DNA from: Pseudomonadota bacterium
Lineage (GTDB): Bacteria; Bdellovibrionota; UBA1018; CAIMNF01
Assembly: GCA_027486675.1 (NCBI GenBank)
Contig: JAIXOQ010000006.1
Coordinates: forward strand, 9,125 to 73,124
DNA length: 64,000 bases
Reading direction: 5' to 3'
Below the pieces are notes generated by a model that saw only the letters and a program-made list of their open reading frames with translations, was not told the DNA's origin and made no database searches. Shown piece by piece: positions 9,418 through 17,618 of this stretch. Every line of letters begins with the position of its first letter. Positions within the stretch are counted from its first letter, which is position 1. Both the position numbers and the translations under genes were made by a program.

Positions 9418-10005
9418 TTAAGCACGATTTAGGAAGTTTTCTTGCACGAAGATATTATTTCTTCGGTACGCCAATGGCGATTCTAGGATTGCGGTCGCTT
9501 TGAGGGACTCCATTCCGGAAACAAACCAGGGCTTGTCTAAGTAATAACTTTTCCCAGCCCAAGTGGGGGGGTCGATCCCTGCCTCATCACTCAATGAGCA
9601 TGCGATCGAGGCAAGCAATGCCCGAAGTGAATGAGGGAGTTCGGTAGGTGGAGGGAGCAGAAGAAGGAGCGGATTTACGGTTCGTCTAAATTCATCCACA
9701 AGTTCCATGAAGTGAAGTTTCCAACTGTGCTCCCCATCATGGATGGTTTTCGTGGCCACAGCATAAGTGCAGAAGTCCGGATTCAGCTCTTCCTCAGGCA
9801 GAGTTAAAATTGCCACCCTGCGGTCTACTGCCCCAGCAGTTGCGGCCAGACTTTGGATGGAAATGGAGGGAAGGTGTGCCTCGACATGGCGCACAGTCAG
9901 GCGCGAAATCTGGCCGTGGCCGGCCACGGCGGATTCCGTGAGGCGTCTATCGTTCCTCACTCTCTTGAGTGCGTCCCACCACAAGGGCGTTATAATAGAC
10001 TTCAT
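9418..10005 (-). CDS. hypothetical protein encoded 12 nt upstream of the NTase gene; candidate cognate partner or antitoxin (AbiEi-sized); the start is uncertain
   Basis: same strand as the NTase and tightly spaced; 195 aa; the N-terminal coding region contains the GTGGCCGGCCAC palindrome (encoding AVAGHG), so the true start may be the internal Met at about 9708. Confidence 0.35.
   Translation of the reverse strand: MKSIITPLWWDALKRVRNDRRLTESAVAGHGQISRLTVRHVEAHLPSISIQSLAATAGAVDRRVAILTLPEEELNPDFCTYAVATKTIHDGEHSWKLHFMELVDEFRRTVNPLLLLLPPPTELPHSLRALLASIACSLSDEAGIDPPTWAGKSYYLDKPWFVSGMESLKATAILESPLAYRRNNIFVQENFLNRA
9914..9932. repeat. REP-like palindromic element CCGTGGCCGGCCACGGCGG (core GTGGCCGGCCAC)
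   Basis: read directly: the 12-bp core is a perfect palindrome; two more copies are at 10157-10178 and 11496-11510. Confidence 0.5.
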
Positions 10006-10156
10006 ATGTATATTATAACATGCAATTATAGCTTAGCAATAGAAGTGGGCTCAGGCCCCCCGGGATGCTTTTTGATGCGCATACGCTCATTTCACCGCGA
10101 AAAACGGGCACTAGTGCAGCAGAAGTCATGGTTGGCCGGGAGGCAGGAAATCCGTG

Positions 10157-10178
10157 CCGCCGTGGCCGGCCGCGGCGG
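10157..10178. repeat. REP-like element, imperfect copy (CCGCCGTGGCCGGCCGCGGCGG)
   Basis: direct repeat of the 9914 element (GCCGTGGCCGGCC[A/G]CGGCGG[A/C]TTC), 243 bp downstream, in the intergenic AT-rich fic leader. Confidence 0.5.
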
Positions 10179-10270
10179 CTTCATTTGCAGACTTTTTTCC
10201 GGACATAAATTGCCCATTCATGCACCATTTTTATCTTAAAATATTGATAATGAAGGCATAAAATCTAACT

Positions 10271-11491
10271 GTGCAGGACAAGTTGCCGGACATTTTAGAG
10301 CCCATAGACAGGTCAGAATTTGTCTCACTCATGGAGCCTATGCTCATCGCAGAGGGCTCTCATCACCGCCATGAACTCACGGAACTCGCCCTGGAGTTAG
10401 TGGCTCGGTCGAGTGGGTTCTCGCGCTCCCTCCCTGAGGGGTTGTGCGCCAGTCTCGCAGACTTGGTGAGGTCGATGAATTGTTACTACAGCAATCTGAT
10501 CGAAGGACACAATACGCATCCGGTCGATATCGATCGGGCTCTGAAGCAGCAGTATGACAGCGATCCTGGCCGTCGGAGCTTGCAGAAAGAGGCCTTGGCC
10601 CACATCTCAGTCCAAAAGTGGATTGATGAGGGGGGACTTAAGGGACGGGTCTTCTTTGTTGAAAGTATTCAGGAAGTGCATCGCCGATTTTGCGACTTAT
10701 TACCCGAAGAGCTGCTGCAAGTAGAAAAGAAAATGACGGGCGAGCGTTTGCAGGTCATCGGTGGGGAGTTTCGACAGCAAGATGTGCAGGTTGGCCTGCA
10801 CGTGCCGGTGAGTCCTGGATCCGTACCGCGATTCCTGGCTCGGTATCAGGAGGTCTATTCTGGGCTTGGAAAGGCTGCATCCATTGTGGCGGCCGCAGCA
10901 GCGCACCATCGGCTGCTTTGGATACATCCATTCCTAGATGGAAATGGGCGTGTCGCTAGGTTGATTTCGCACGCAGGTTTACTGGAATGCTTAGACACCC
11001 GTGGTCTTTGGTCAGTAGCGCGTGGGCTGGCCAGGAATGTAACCGAGTATAAAAATCATTTGGCACTCTGTGATTTGGTGAGGCGAAATGACCTGGATGG
11101 CCGGGGAAATTTAAGCGAAGAGGAGTTAGCAGCATTCACACGTTTTTTCCTAAAAACGTGCCTCGATCAGGTGAATTTTATGGCTGAGCTCATGAAGCCA
11201 GAGCGCTTGCGTGCCAGGATTCAGCTTTGGACTGAAGAGGAAATCAGGCTTAAGAATCTGCCCCATCACGCAGGTCGGGTCATGGATGCGCTGCTGTACC
11301 GTGGTGAGGTGCCTCGAAACGAAGTGGCTGAAATCTTAGGCGTAGGCGAGCGCCATGCCCGGCGTACAATGCAGACCCTGATCGAGCGGGATATTGTTCA
11401 AGTGTCTGGCGCCCGTGATCCTTATCGCCTTGTTTTTTCGGCTGCCCATGCTGCTCGTTGGCTGCCCGGGCTTTTTCCAGATGTGGGATAG
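10271..11491 (+). CDS. fic: Fic/Doc family protein (class II: intramolecular inhibitory helix; C-terminal wHTH-like region)
   Basis: canonical Fic motif HPFLDGNGRVAR; N-terminal inhibitory motif S-N-L-I-E-G fits (S/T)xxxE(G/N); GTG start (an alternative ATG lies 60 nt downstream); 406 aa. Confidence 0.85.
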   Translation: MQDKLPDILEPIDRSEFVSLMEPMLIAEGSHHRHELTELALELVARSSGFSRSLPEGLCASLADLVRSMNCYYSNLIEGHNTHPVDIDRALKQQYDSDPGRRSLQKEALAHISVQKWIDEGGLKGRVFFVESIQEVHRRFCDLLPEELLQVEKKMTGERLQVIGGEFRQQDVQVGLHVPVSPGSVPRFLARYQEVYSGLGKAASIVAAAAAHHRLLWIHPFLDGNGRVARLISHAGLLECLDTRGLWSVARGLARNVTEYKNHLALCDLVRRNDLDGRGNLSEEELAAFTRFFLKTCLDQVNFMAELMKPERLRARIQLWTEEEIRLKNLPHHAGRVMDALLYRGEVPRNEVAEILGVGERHARRTMQTLIERDIVQVSGARDPYRLVFSAAHAARWLPGLFPDVG

Positions 11492-11495
11492 GGTT

Positions 11496-11510
11496 CGTGG
11501 CCGGCCACGG
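11496..11510. repeat. REP-like palindromic element TCGTGGCCGGCCACGG, third copy, just 3' of fic
   Basis: read directly. Confidence 0.5.
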
Positions 11511-11514
11511 GAAA

Positions 11515-11550
11515 TAAAAAACCCCCGGCAAGGAGACCCTGCCGGGGGTT
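11515..11550. terminator. bidirectional Rho-independent terminator between fic (+) and pilA (-)
   Basis: 9-bp stem CCCCCGGCA/TGCCGGGGG with a 9-nt loop, flanked by an A6 run on the plus strand (a T-run for pilA) and TT on the other side. Confidence 0.6.
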
Positions 11551-11571
11551 ATGAAGATTTTAAGTAGTCTG

Positions 11572-12180
11572 TTATTGCGTATTGCAGGCTGTCCCGATCA
11601 ACGTTCCTGCACTCACTGAACCGACAACGTAGTTCTGGTTGGCACCAGCGGCCCCGGCGGCGACAGCACCTGATACTAGACACATGAACTGACCAGCTCC
11701 AACAGTGCCCGCGGCGAAGTAACCAACTGATGCAACGGGCGCGGCGGTGGGTGCTGCTGCTGCCTGCCAGTTGTTAGCCGGGGTTGACGCAGTAACAGTG
11801 CCGACAGCTGTTCCCCTTGCTACCGCTGCTGTAGCAACAGGATTTATGCTATTTGCAAAGTAGTCGGTGCAGCCCGCGACTGCAGCGGCGTTATAGTTTG
11901 ATCCTACAGAGAAAAATCTCTGTCCTTCAGCAGCCGAGTAGCCCATCTCGCCCAAGCACATGCTGTATGTGCCTCCAGATGTAGCGGAAAAGGCCTGGGA
12001 GACGGCCCCAATCGCACCCAGTGCTGATCTTCCTTCTGCGCCCCGCGCACGCGCCTGAAAGTTTCTATATTGCGGAATTGCAATAGCAGCCAAAATTCCG
12101 ATGATAGCAACGACCACCATCAATTCGACCAGTGTAAAACCCCGTTCGTTTCTCAATGCTTTCAAATTCCCCATAGTCAT
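11572..12180 (-). CDS. pilA: type IVa major pilin PilA
   Basis: class III signal peptide [14 protein letters not shown]|[24 protein letters not shown] (Gly-1, Phe+1, Glu+5); Gly/Ala-rich C-terminal domain; 202 aa. Confidence 0.9.
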   Translation of the reverse strand: MTMGNLKALRNERGFTLVELMVVVAIIGILAAIAIPQYRNFQARARGAEGRSALGAIGAVSQAFSATSGGTYSMCLGEMGYSAAEGQRFFSVGSNYNAAAVAGCTDYFANSINPVATAAVARGTAVGTVTASTPANNWQAAAAPTAAPVASVGYFAAGTVGAGQFMCLVSGAVAAGAAGANQNYVVGSVSAGTLIGTACNTQ

Positions 12181-12256
12181 AAATCCCCTCTCCTCTCAAG
12201 ATCAGGTTGTTATACAGTTAAAATTAACACGCATATTTCACAAAAAAAGGACCAAA

Positions 12257-13003
12257 ATGCGGTCGGTTTTTAACAGTCTACGGCAACAGTTGTTTTTAGC
12301 CACGCTTATATTGCTCCTTTTTGGAGCACAGTACCGGATTTCCTTGGTCAATCAAATCAATAGATCAACTGCACAATTGAGCGAGTCTTTGCTGCACCAA
12401 AGAGCTGACTTTAAACCTGACCCTCACTTCATTCAGGCCACCGTTTTTGGTCATTGGGCACTCTGGGCGAATTGGTCTTGGATACAGTCCCTGCAGCTTC
12501 TTGGTGCTCGCGACGGTGAAGTAGAAAAACGAACGGAGCTTGAGCTCGATTTTGCGGAAACGACGTGGCGAAATGCAGTCGCACTCGATTCTGATTTTCT
12601 ACCTTGGTACTTAGATGCAGGTCTGTTTTTCTCAATCTTTTCGAATCGGCCGCAACCCTCTTACGATTTACTCACTCTTGCTGTGAAGCGTGTTCAAGCG
12701 CCGATGACTGAAAGACAAAAAGACTATGGCGATTGGCAACGCGCACCCATGGTCGCTATTCTTCGCGGCTACACAGCCGGCTTTAAGCTGCACGACTGGG
12801 GCCTCGCACGAGACGCGTTTTTAGATGCGGAAAAAATTCCAGGCGCGCCCGCTTACTTAGAAAACATGTCGGCATGGTTACTCAAGCCAGGCGGGGAAAA
12901 AGAACTCGGGAAGCGGATTCTGGAATCTTTGATCAAACAAACCTCAGATGAGCGTCAAAAATCTGCATACGAAGCTGAGCTAAAAGAACTGATGGAGTCT
13001 TAA
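12257..13003 (+). CDS. hypothetical membrane-anchored or secreted protein; first gene of an ABC-transporter operon
   Basis: start trimmed to the ATG preceded by AAAAAAAGGACC (SD); N-terminal hydrophobic segment LFLATLILLLFGA; 4-nt gap to the ABC ATPase. Confidence 0.45.
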   Translation: MRSVFNSLRQQLFLATLILLLFGAQYRISLVNQINRSTAQLSESLLHQRADFKPDPHFIQATVFGHWALWANWSWIQSLQLLGARDGEVEKRTELELDFAETTWRNAVALDSDFLPWYLDAGLFFSIFSNRPQPSYDLLTLAVKRVQAPMTERQKDYGDWQRAPMVAILRGYTAGFKLHDWGLARDAFLDAEKIPGAPAYLENMSAWLLKPGGEKELGKRILESLIKQTSDERQKSAYEAELKELMES

Positions 13004-13007
13004 AGCG

Positions 13008-13895
13008 ATGGGGAAGCAAGAAAACGAAGTTCAAAATTCAGGCACCGGCATCAACACACCTGCCGTGATCGGGCAGAAAGTAACTTTTGATGTCTTGGTT
13101 GGATTCCTCCAAAGAAAGAAAACCGTCCTGCACGGCATTGACTTCACAGTCGCACCCCATCGCATCACAGCACTGGTGGGCCCCAACGGTGCGGGTAAGA
13201 CAACGCTGTTTCATCAGATCTTAGGTTTTAAAATTCCAACATCAGGTTCTGTCCATGTCTATGGCGTGCCAGCAAGTGATCCATCCTCACGTCTTGCCAT
13301 AGGTTTTGTGCCGGAACGGCCGTATCTCCCAGCGAAAGAAACTCCCCGTGGATTTTTGTCGCTCTGCATGCGCCTCAGCGGAATGCCGGCTAGGATCGAG
13401 CGCATTGAAGAACTCCTTTTACGTGTGGGTCTAAGTGGCGCGATCGACCAACGCACGGAGAGTTTTTCTAAAGGAATGCTTCAGCGTCTGTTGATTGCGC
13501 AGGCACTGGTGCATGACCCAAAACTTCTTTTGCTCGATGAACCCATGAGCGGTCTTGATCCCGATGGACGCATCGAAGTGCGCAACATCATCCGAGAGCT
13601 AAAAAATGCAGGCAAAACGATCCTCTTCACCACGCACGTCGTGGAGGACATTGAATGGCTTGCTGATGATTTGCTTCTCATTCAAGAAGGCCGTTTGACT
13701 TTCAGTGGTCCCGCACTTGATTTCTTAGCCAAACACCCTGCCTCTTATGAAGTGATGTTTGAGGATCAAGAACTTCTTCAGTATCCAGGCATAGCAGATC
13801 TATCGGGCGCCTTAGCCAAACAATCAGAACACCAAAAGAAACCGCTCTTGATCAAGCAGCGCCGCAAAGGAATAGAGGAGATGTACCGCAAATGA
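13008..13895 (+). CDS. ABC transporter ATP-binding protein (ABC-2 type)
   Basis: Walker A GPNGAGKTT; signature SKGMLQRL; Walker B LLLLDEP; 295 aa. Confidence 0.85.
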   Translation: MGKQENEVQNSGTGINTPAVIGQKVTFDVLVGFLQRKKTVLHGIDFTVAPHRITALVGPNGAGKTTLFHQILGFKIPTSGSVHVYGVPASDPSSRLAIGFVPERPYLPAKETPRGFLSLCMRLSGMPARIERIEELLLRVGLSGAIDQRTESFSKGMLQRLLIAQALVHDPKLLLLDEPMSGLDPDGRIEVRNIIRELKNAGKTILFTTHVVEDIEWLADDLLLIQEGRLTFSGPALDFLAKHPASYEVMFEDQELLQYPGIADLSGALAKQSEHQKKPLLIKQRRKGIEEMYRK

Positions 13896-14656
13896 TCCGC
13901 ACATTCCGGCAGGGTTTTGCAATCTTAGGATTCACGCTGCACGGCCTTGTCCGCGAACGCATCCTGTACAACGTCTTTTTCGTAGCCCTTGGACTTCTTG
14001 CGATCGGTTATTTAGCTTCAAAACTTGTTTATGGCCGCCAGGACCGCGTGATCTTGGACATCGGTGCTGCGGCGATTGAGTTGTGTTTAGTTTTTGTTGC
14101 AAGCGTCTTAGGTTCCCGCCTGATCCCAGCAGAAGTAGAATCCCGCTTAGCCTATTTGATTTTGGCGCGCCCCGTGCACCGGGCGACTTATTTGTTTGGC
14201 CGCACTTTAGGCCTTTGCGCACTGCTTACGCTTAACGCGTTTTTGCTATTTGCGGTTCTTGTGGCTTCTGTCGCGGTGATCGGTCGGTTACCTGAATGGG
14301 TTTTCTTAGAAGGCGCAATTTTAGTCTCTGTTCATGTCGCCTGGATTGCGGCGTTTACGATTTGGTTGTCCACGATGGTCTCTTCTGCGGTGGCAGTCAT
14401 GTCCACATGGGGACTGTACTTCATTAGCCAGAACATCCACCTTCTGCGGGGACTGAAAGATGGTCCGCCGCCGGTTGTTGCAGAAACCCTGACCCGCATC
14501 CTTCCTCAAGGGGCACCCTTCGCTTTGGAGTCCAGGCTTTCTTATGGCGTGGCGCTGCCGCTCCCCGAATTCCTAACTACGATTGCCTACGGGCTTTTGT
14601 GGGTCGGTGTGTTCTCATTGCTTGCGCTGTGGCGCTTTGAACGGAAGAGTTTGTAG
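13892..14656 (+). CDS. ABC-2 type transporter permease
   Basis: overlaps the ATPase stop by 4 nt; about 6 hydrophobic helices. Confidence 0.6.
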   Translation: MIRTFRQGFAILGFTLHGLVRERILYNVFFVALGLLAIGYLASKLVYGRQDRVILDIGAAAIELCLVFVASVLGSRLIPAEVESRLAYLILARPVHRATYLFGRTLGLCALLTLNAFLLFAVLVASVAVIGRLPEWVFLEGAILVSVHVAWIAAFTIWLSTMVSSAVAVMSTWGLYFISQNIHLLRGLKDGPPPVVAETLTRILPQGAPFALESRLSYGVALPLPEFLTTIAYGLLWVGVFSLLALWRFERKSL

Positions 14657-15697
14657 CTGTTGTTTTGGAGATAGTCCCAGGTCTAATGCTGCTTTTAAAT
14701 TGTGCGTCTGACAGAGGTGGCGGAGGTTTTTGAGGGTTGTCGTTCCACCGCAGGCAAGTGGAGTGATGTGATCGACTTGCAAGTGTGCCCGCGAAGGGCA
14801 ACGGGCCTTTGTCAGTGGCGAAATGTATTCACATTGACCGTTCGATCTTGCAAAAATCTTACGTTTAAATTGGAGGGGGATGAATCGTGAGGTGGAGGAT
14901 GCTTGTGGCTGTGGGGAACTCTTCGCTGTGGGCATCACCCCGTCCTGACGGGATTTTTGGGACTGCCCCGGATTCTGGTTATCTTCTGCCGTCCGAACCA
15001 ACTCCGAAATAGCCCGCTGCGACTCCACCTTTCCGAGGCTTCGCTCTTTTTTTTCGATCAGTGTTTTTAGGGCTTCCGTGAAAATATCTGCATTGGAATC
15101 TGCCCAGATCAATTCCCTGGCACGGTTGAGTAGCTTCATCCCATCTTCATCTAAGAAAAGTTTCACTTCCGTATGTGTGGCTGTCGCAACCCGGGTAGTT
15201 TCTTTCAGGCGTGGCGCTTCCGGTGCGGAGGATCGAGATAACAGGATTTTTTCTGTTTCTCTTTTGGACTTTCCTGCCACTGCAGTGAGGAGGTCGTTCT
15301 GTTGGCTACCACTCAGCTCATTTCCTAAAGCTTTTTCTTCCTTTATGAATCTCTGAACCTGGGTGGCACCTGTCAGAGTTAGGTCACCTGTTTCAATCAT
15401 GTGTTTTGCTATTTCATTCCGCCTTGCAAGTCGCATGGCAGCGATGCGTTCGTAGGCGGAGGATTCAGAATACCCAAGTTCCTTCCGCACATACTCAAAC
15501 AGACTTGGGTAAGAAAGTAATGCATAGGCTTTTCTTCGATCGATCTCCTCAAGGTGCGCGACTAATGTCGCTGTTGCGCGCTGCTCGACTCGGGAGATTG
15601 CAAATGTCATATGCAAGAGTTCAAGGTCATTGAGTGGAAACGATGCTGTTTCATTGGGAATTCTGGATGTTCTCTGATTCATCATTTTAGAAATCAT
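14615..15697 (-). CDS. HNH endonuclease domain protein with a DUF222-like N-terminal region (13E12-repeat-like family)
   Basis: C-terminal CEYISPLTKARCPSRAHLQVDHITPLACGGTTTLKNLRHLCQTHN (HNH: D-H...N...H with a Cys pair); homologous along its full length to 59910..60926; start trimmed to an internal Met by alignment with the paralog (the track ORF extends to 15799). Confidence 0.7.
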   Translation of the reverse strand: MISKMMNQRTSRIPNETASFPLNDLELLHMTFAISRVEQRATATLVAHLEEIDRRKAYALLSYPSLFEYVRKELGYSESSAYERIAAMRLARRNEIAKHMIETGDLTLTGATQVQRFIKEEKALGNELSGSQQNDLLTAVAGKSKRETEKILLSRSSAPEAPRLKETTRVATATHTEVKLFLDEDGMKLLNRARELIWADSNADIFTEALKTLIEKKERSLGKVESQRAISELVRTAEDNQNPGQSQKSRQDGVMPTAKSSPQPQASSTSRFIPLQFKRKIFARSNGQCEYISPLTKARCPSRAHLQVDHITPLACGGTTTLKNLRHLCQTHNLKAALDLGLSPKQQLQTLPFKAPQRKQ

Positions 15698-15924
15698 AAC
15701 CCCATGTTTTTGAGGCACCTCGCTGCCCGTGAGAGCACGCCAAACGTCATTTTCGATTTGATATGACCCTTGAAGCGAGATCGTGATTCCTGCGCCCAAT
15801 GCGTTTGTTCAGAAGAGGGTTTTGTTAGACATCTCAACTTCAAAACGGAATGAACTCCGAGACTCGTCAATAGAGAAATTTAAAGGTCATAAAAAAGACT
15901 CACTGAGGGATCCCGATCCAGGCC

Positions 15925-16353
15925 TCAAAAATTCCTGCCGGCCGTGTTCCTCAGTTCCCCCTTCAGAACTCTCTTTAAGTTCCATGTCATCCAGAACAAG
16001 ACAGCGTAAGCAATGGGCGAAGTGTGCGCTCCCCACAAGACAAAAGTCCCAATGAGGCCAGGAATGCAAAGTAATGCAACCACGAAGCGTAATGCCCCTT
16101 GGATACGAAGTAGACTTAACCCAAGGCCAAGGTGTGCCACCGTAGTCCAAAACAAACCTTTTACGATGCGTACTCGCCAAGGGAGGTATTCATCTTCCTT
16201 GAATACGCTGAGAAACCCGTATGAAGTCGAGACGGCGGCAAAGAGTGAGAGCGCCCAAGTTGATTTAAAAATGCTAATCGACTTAGCGAAGAAGAAGGAT
16301 GTTCTCCGCAAAGTCATAAAAGGCGCAATTGGCGAATTTTGAGTCCGCGGCAT
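15925..16353 (-). CDS. hypothetical small membrane protein
   Basis: 3-4 hydrophobic helices (for example VVALLCIPGLIGTFVLWGA); a plus-strand ORF overlaps it, so the strand choice is uncertain. Confidence 0.3.
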   Translation of the reverse strand: MPRTQNSPIAPFMTLRRTSFFFAKSISIFKSTWALSLFAAVSTSYGFLSVFKEDEYLPWRVRIVKGLFWTTVAHLGLGLSLLRIQGALRFVVALLCIPGLIGTFVLWGAHTSPIAYAVLFWMTWNLKRVLKGELRNTAGRNF

Positions 16354-16465
16354 TCTGATTTCAGGATGTCATTGGCACGTCTGGTTTGCAAAACCGTCGT
16401 TTTGCATTCGACGAGCAATTCCAATTTGGCACACCAAAGTTACAAAAAGATGATAATATGGACCT

Positions 16466-17599
16466 ATGTATGCCAGGTCCTTTGTGCAGCCGAATAGCAG
16501 CTTCTTTCTTTTTGGTCCCCGCGGGACCGGGAAAAGCTCGCTCATGCGAAGTCTCTTTCCCGGTGCGCTCCACTTTGACCTTTTGGAGTCGGACTACTAT
16601 CACCAGCTCCTTGCTCGACCCCAGCTTCTCGATGATCTGATCCCAACTACCTATCGGGACTGGGTAGTCTTAGATGAGATTCAAAAGGTGCCGGAGCTTC
16701 TCAATGAGGTGCATCGCCTCATCGAGAGACGAAAACTTAAGTTCGCTTTGACCGGGTCCAGTGCGCGCAGTCTCAGGAAGAAAGGCGTTAATTTACTGGC
16801 TGGCCGCGCTGTCACAAAACATCTATTTCCGCTCACGGTTCAAGAATCCAAGAAAGATTTCGATCTCGCTCATGCTCTAAAATTTGGAATGCTTCCCAGT
16901 GTTTTTGGTAACTCCCATTCTTCCTCTTACCTTGCCTCATACGTCAGAACCTATTTGAAAGAGGAAGTGCAGCAGGAAGGCTTAGTGAGGAACTTGCCAG
17001 CTTTTGCAAGGTTTCTTGAGTCTGCAACTTTTTCTCAAGGCTCTGTGCTCAATATGAGTGAAGTGGCGAGGGATTGTGGCATCCACAGGAAGGTTGTCGC
17101 GGACTACTTTGTTATCCTTGAGGACCTGCTTCTTGCCTGCCGAGTTCCGGTATTCACGAAAAAAGCAAAGCGGGATCTTCTGACTAGCGAGAAATTCTTC
17201 TTTTTTGACAATGGTGTCTATCGAGAGTTGCGACCGCGCGGCCCCTTAGATTCGACGGAGGGGCTCGAAGGGGTCTCGCTCGAGACCTTGCTGTTTCAGG
17301 AAATTCGAGCGTTGAATGAATACCTAGGACTAGGGTACGGGATTTATTACTGGCGCACGAAGCAGAAGCAGGAAATCGACTTCGTGCTTTACGGAAAGGC
17401 CGGACTGATTGCAATCGAAGTGAAGCGTTCCAACAAACCGCGTGGCGATGACCTAGATGCATTGCGGCTTTTTAAGAGTGATTATCCTATGGCCCGATGT
17501 TTTTTGGCATACGGCGGGACGAAGAGGTTTATCCAAAGCGATATAGAGTGTGTTCCTTATGAGGATTTTTTAAGGAAGCTTCCAGAATTCCTCAGATAG
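16466..17599 (+). CDS. AAA+ ATPase with a C-terminal PD-(D/E)XK-like domain (DUF4143/COG1373-type), third copy
   Basis: FFLFGPRGTGKSSLMRSLF; LDEIQK; ALTGSSARSL; C-terminal QEIDFVL...IAIEVK; clearly paralogous to 2680..3864. Confidence 0.75.
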   Translation: MYARSFVQPNSSFFLFGPRGTGKSSLMRSLFPGALHFDLLESDYYHQLLARPQLLDDLIPTTYRDWVVLDEIQKVPELLNEVHRLIERRKLKFALTGSSARSLRKKGVNLLAGRAVTKHLFPLTVQESKKDFDLAHALKFGMLPSVFGNSHSSSYLASYVRTYLKEEVQQEGLVRNLPAFARFLESATFSQGSVLNMSEVARDCGIHRKVVADYFVILEDLLLACRVPVFTKKAKRDLLTSEKFFFFDNGVYRELRPRGPLDSTEGLEGVSLETLLFQEIRALNEYLGLGYGIYYWRTKQKQEIDFVLYGKAGLIAIEVKRSNKPRGDDLDALRLFKSDYPMARCFLAYGGTKRFIQSDIECVPYEDFLRKLPEFLR

Positions 17600-17618
17600 C
17601 CATGGTATTTTCTGTACT

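Noticed and set aside
9853-10239. 128-aa plus-strand ORF spanning both upstream palindromes and the AT-rich fic leader
   Set aside because: Its reading frame is carried by the repeated GTGGCCGGCC palindromes (LAVAGHGGF / AAVAGRGGF) and low-complexity AT-rich sequence. It overlaps the better-supported minus-strand ORF and the fic promoter region, so it is most likely spurious.
9914-11510. CRISPR array
   Set aside because: Only three copies of the palindrome are present, with irregular spacing (243 bp and about 1.3 kb), no uniform spacers and no cas genes. It was scored as REP-like repeats instead. No other regularly spaced direct repeats were seen in the window.
12181-12256. Expected sigma-54 (-24 GG / -12 GC) promoter upstream of pilA
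   Set aside because: Reading the minus strand upstream of the pilA ATG, I found no GG-N10-GC arrangement at a plausible distance. Only a strong SD (GAGAGGAGAGGGG) is evident. Promoter class is left unassigned.
12101-12256. 5' extension of ORF 12101-13003 across the pilA start
   Set aside because: The extension would overlap the pilA coding sequence and promoter on the opposite strand. An ATG at 12257 with a good SD and a signal-like N-terminus is the more plausible start.
14937-14960. Short hairpin CCCCGTCCTGACGGG inside the first HNH gene
   Set aside because: A 6-bp stem inside coding sequence is expected by chance.
16013-16342. 109-aa plus-strand ORF overlapping the 142-aa minus-strand membrane-protein ORF
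   Set aside because: The minus-strand product has several clear hydrophobic helices, whereas the plus-strand product is hydrophilic and low-complexity. Both remain low-confidence.
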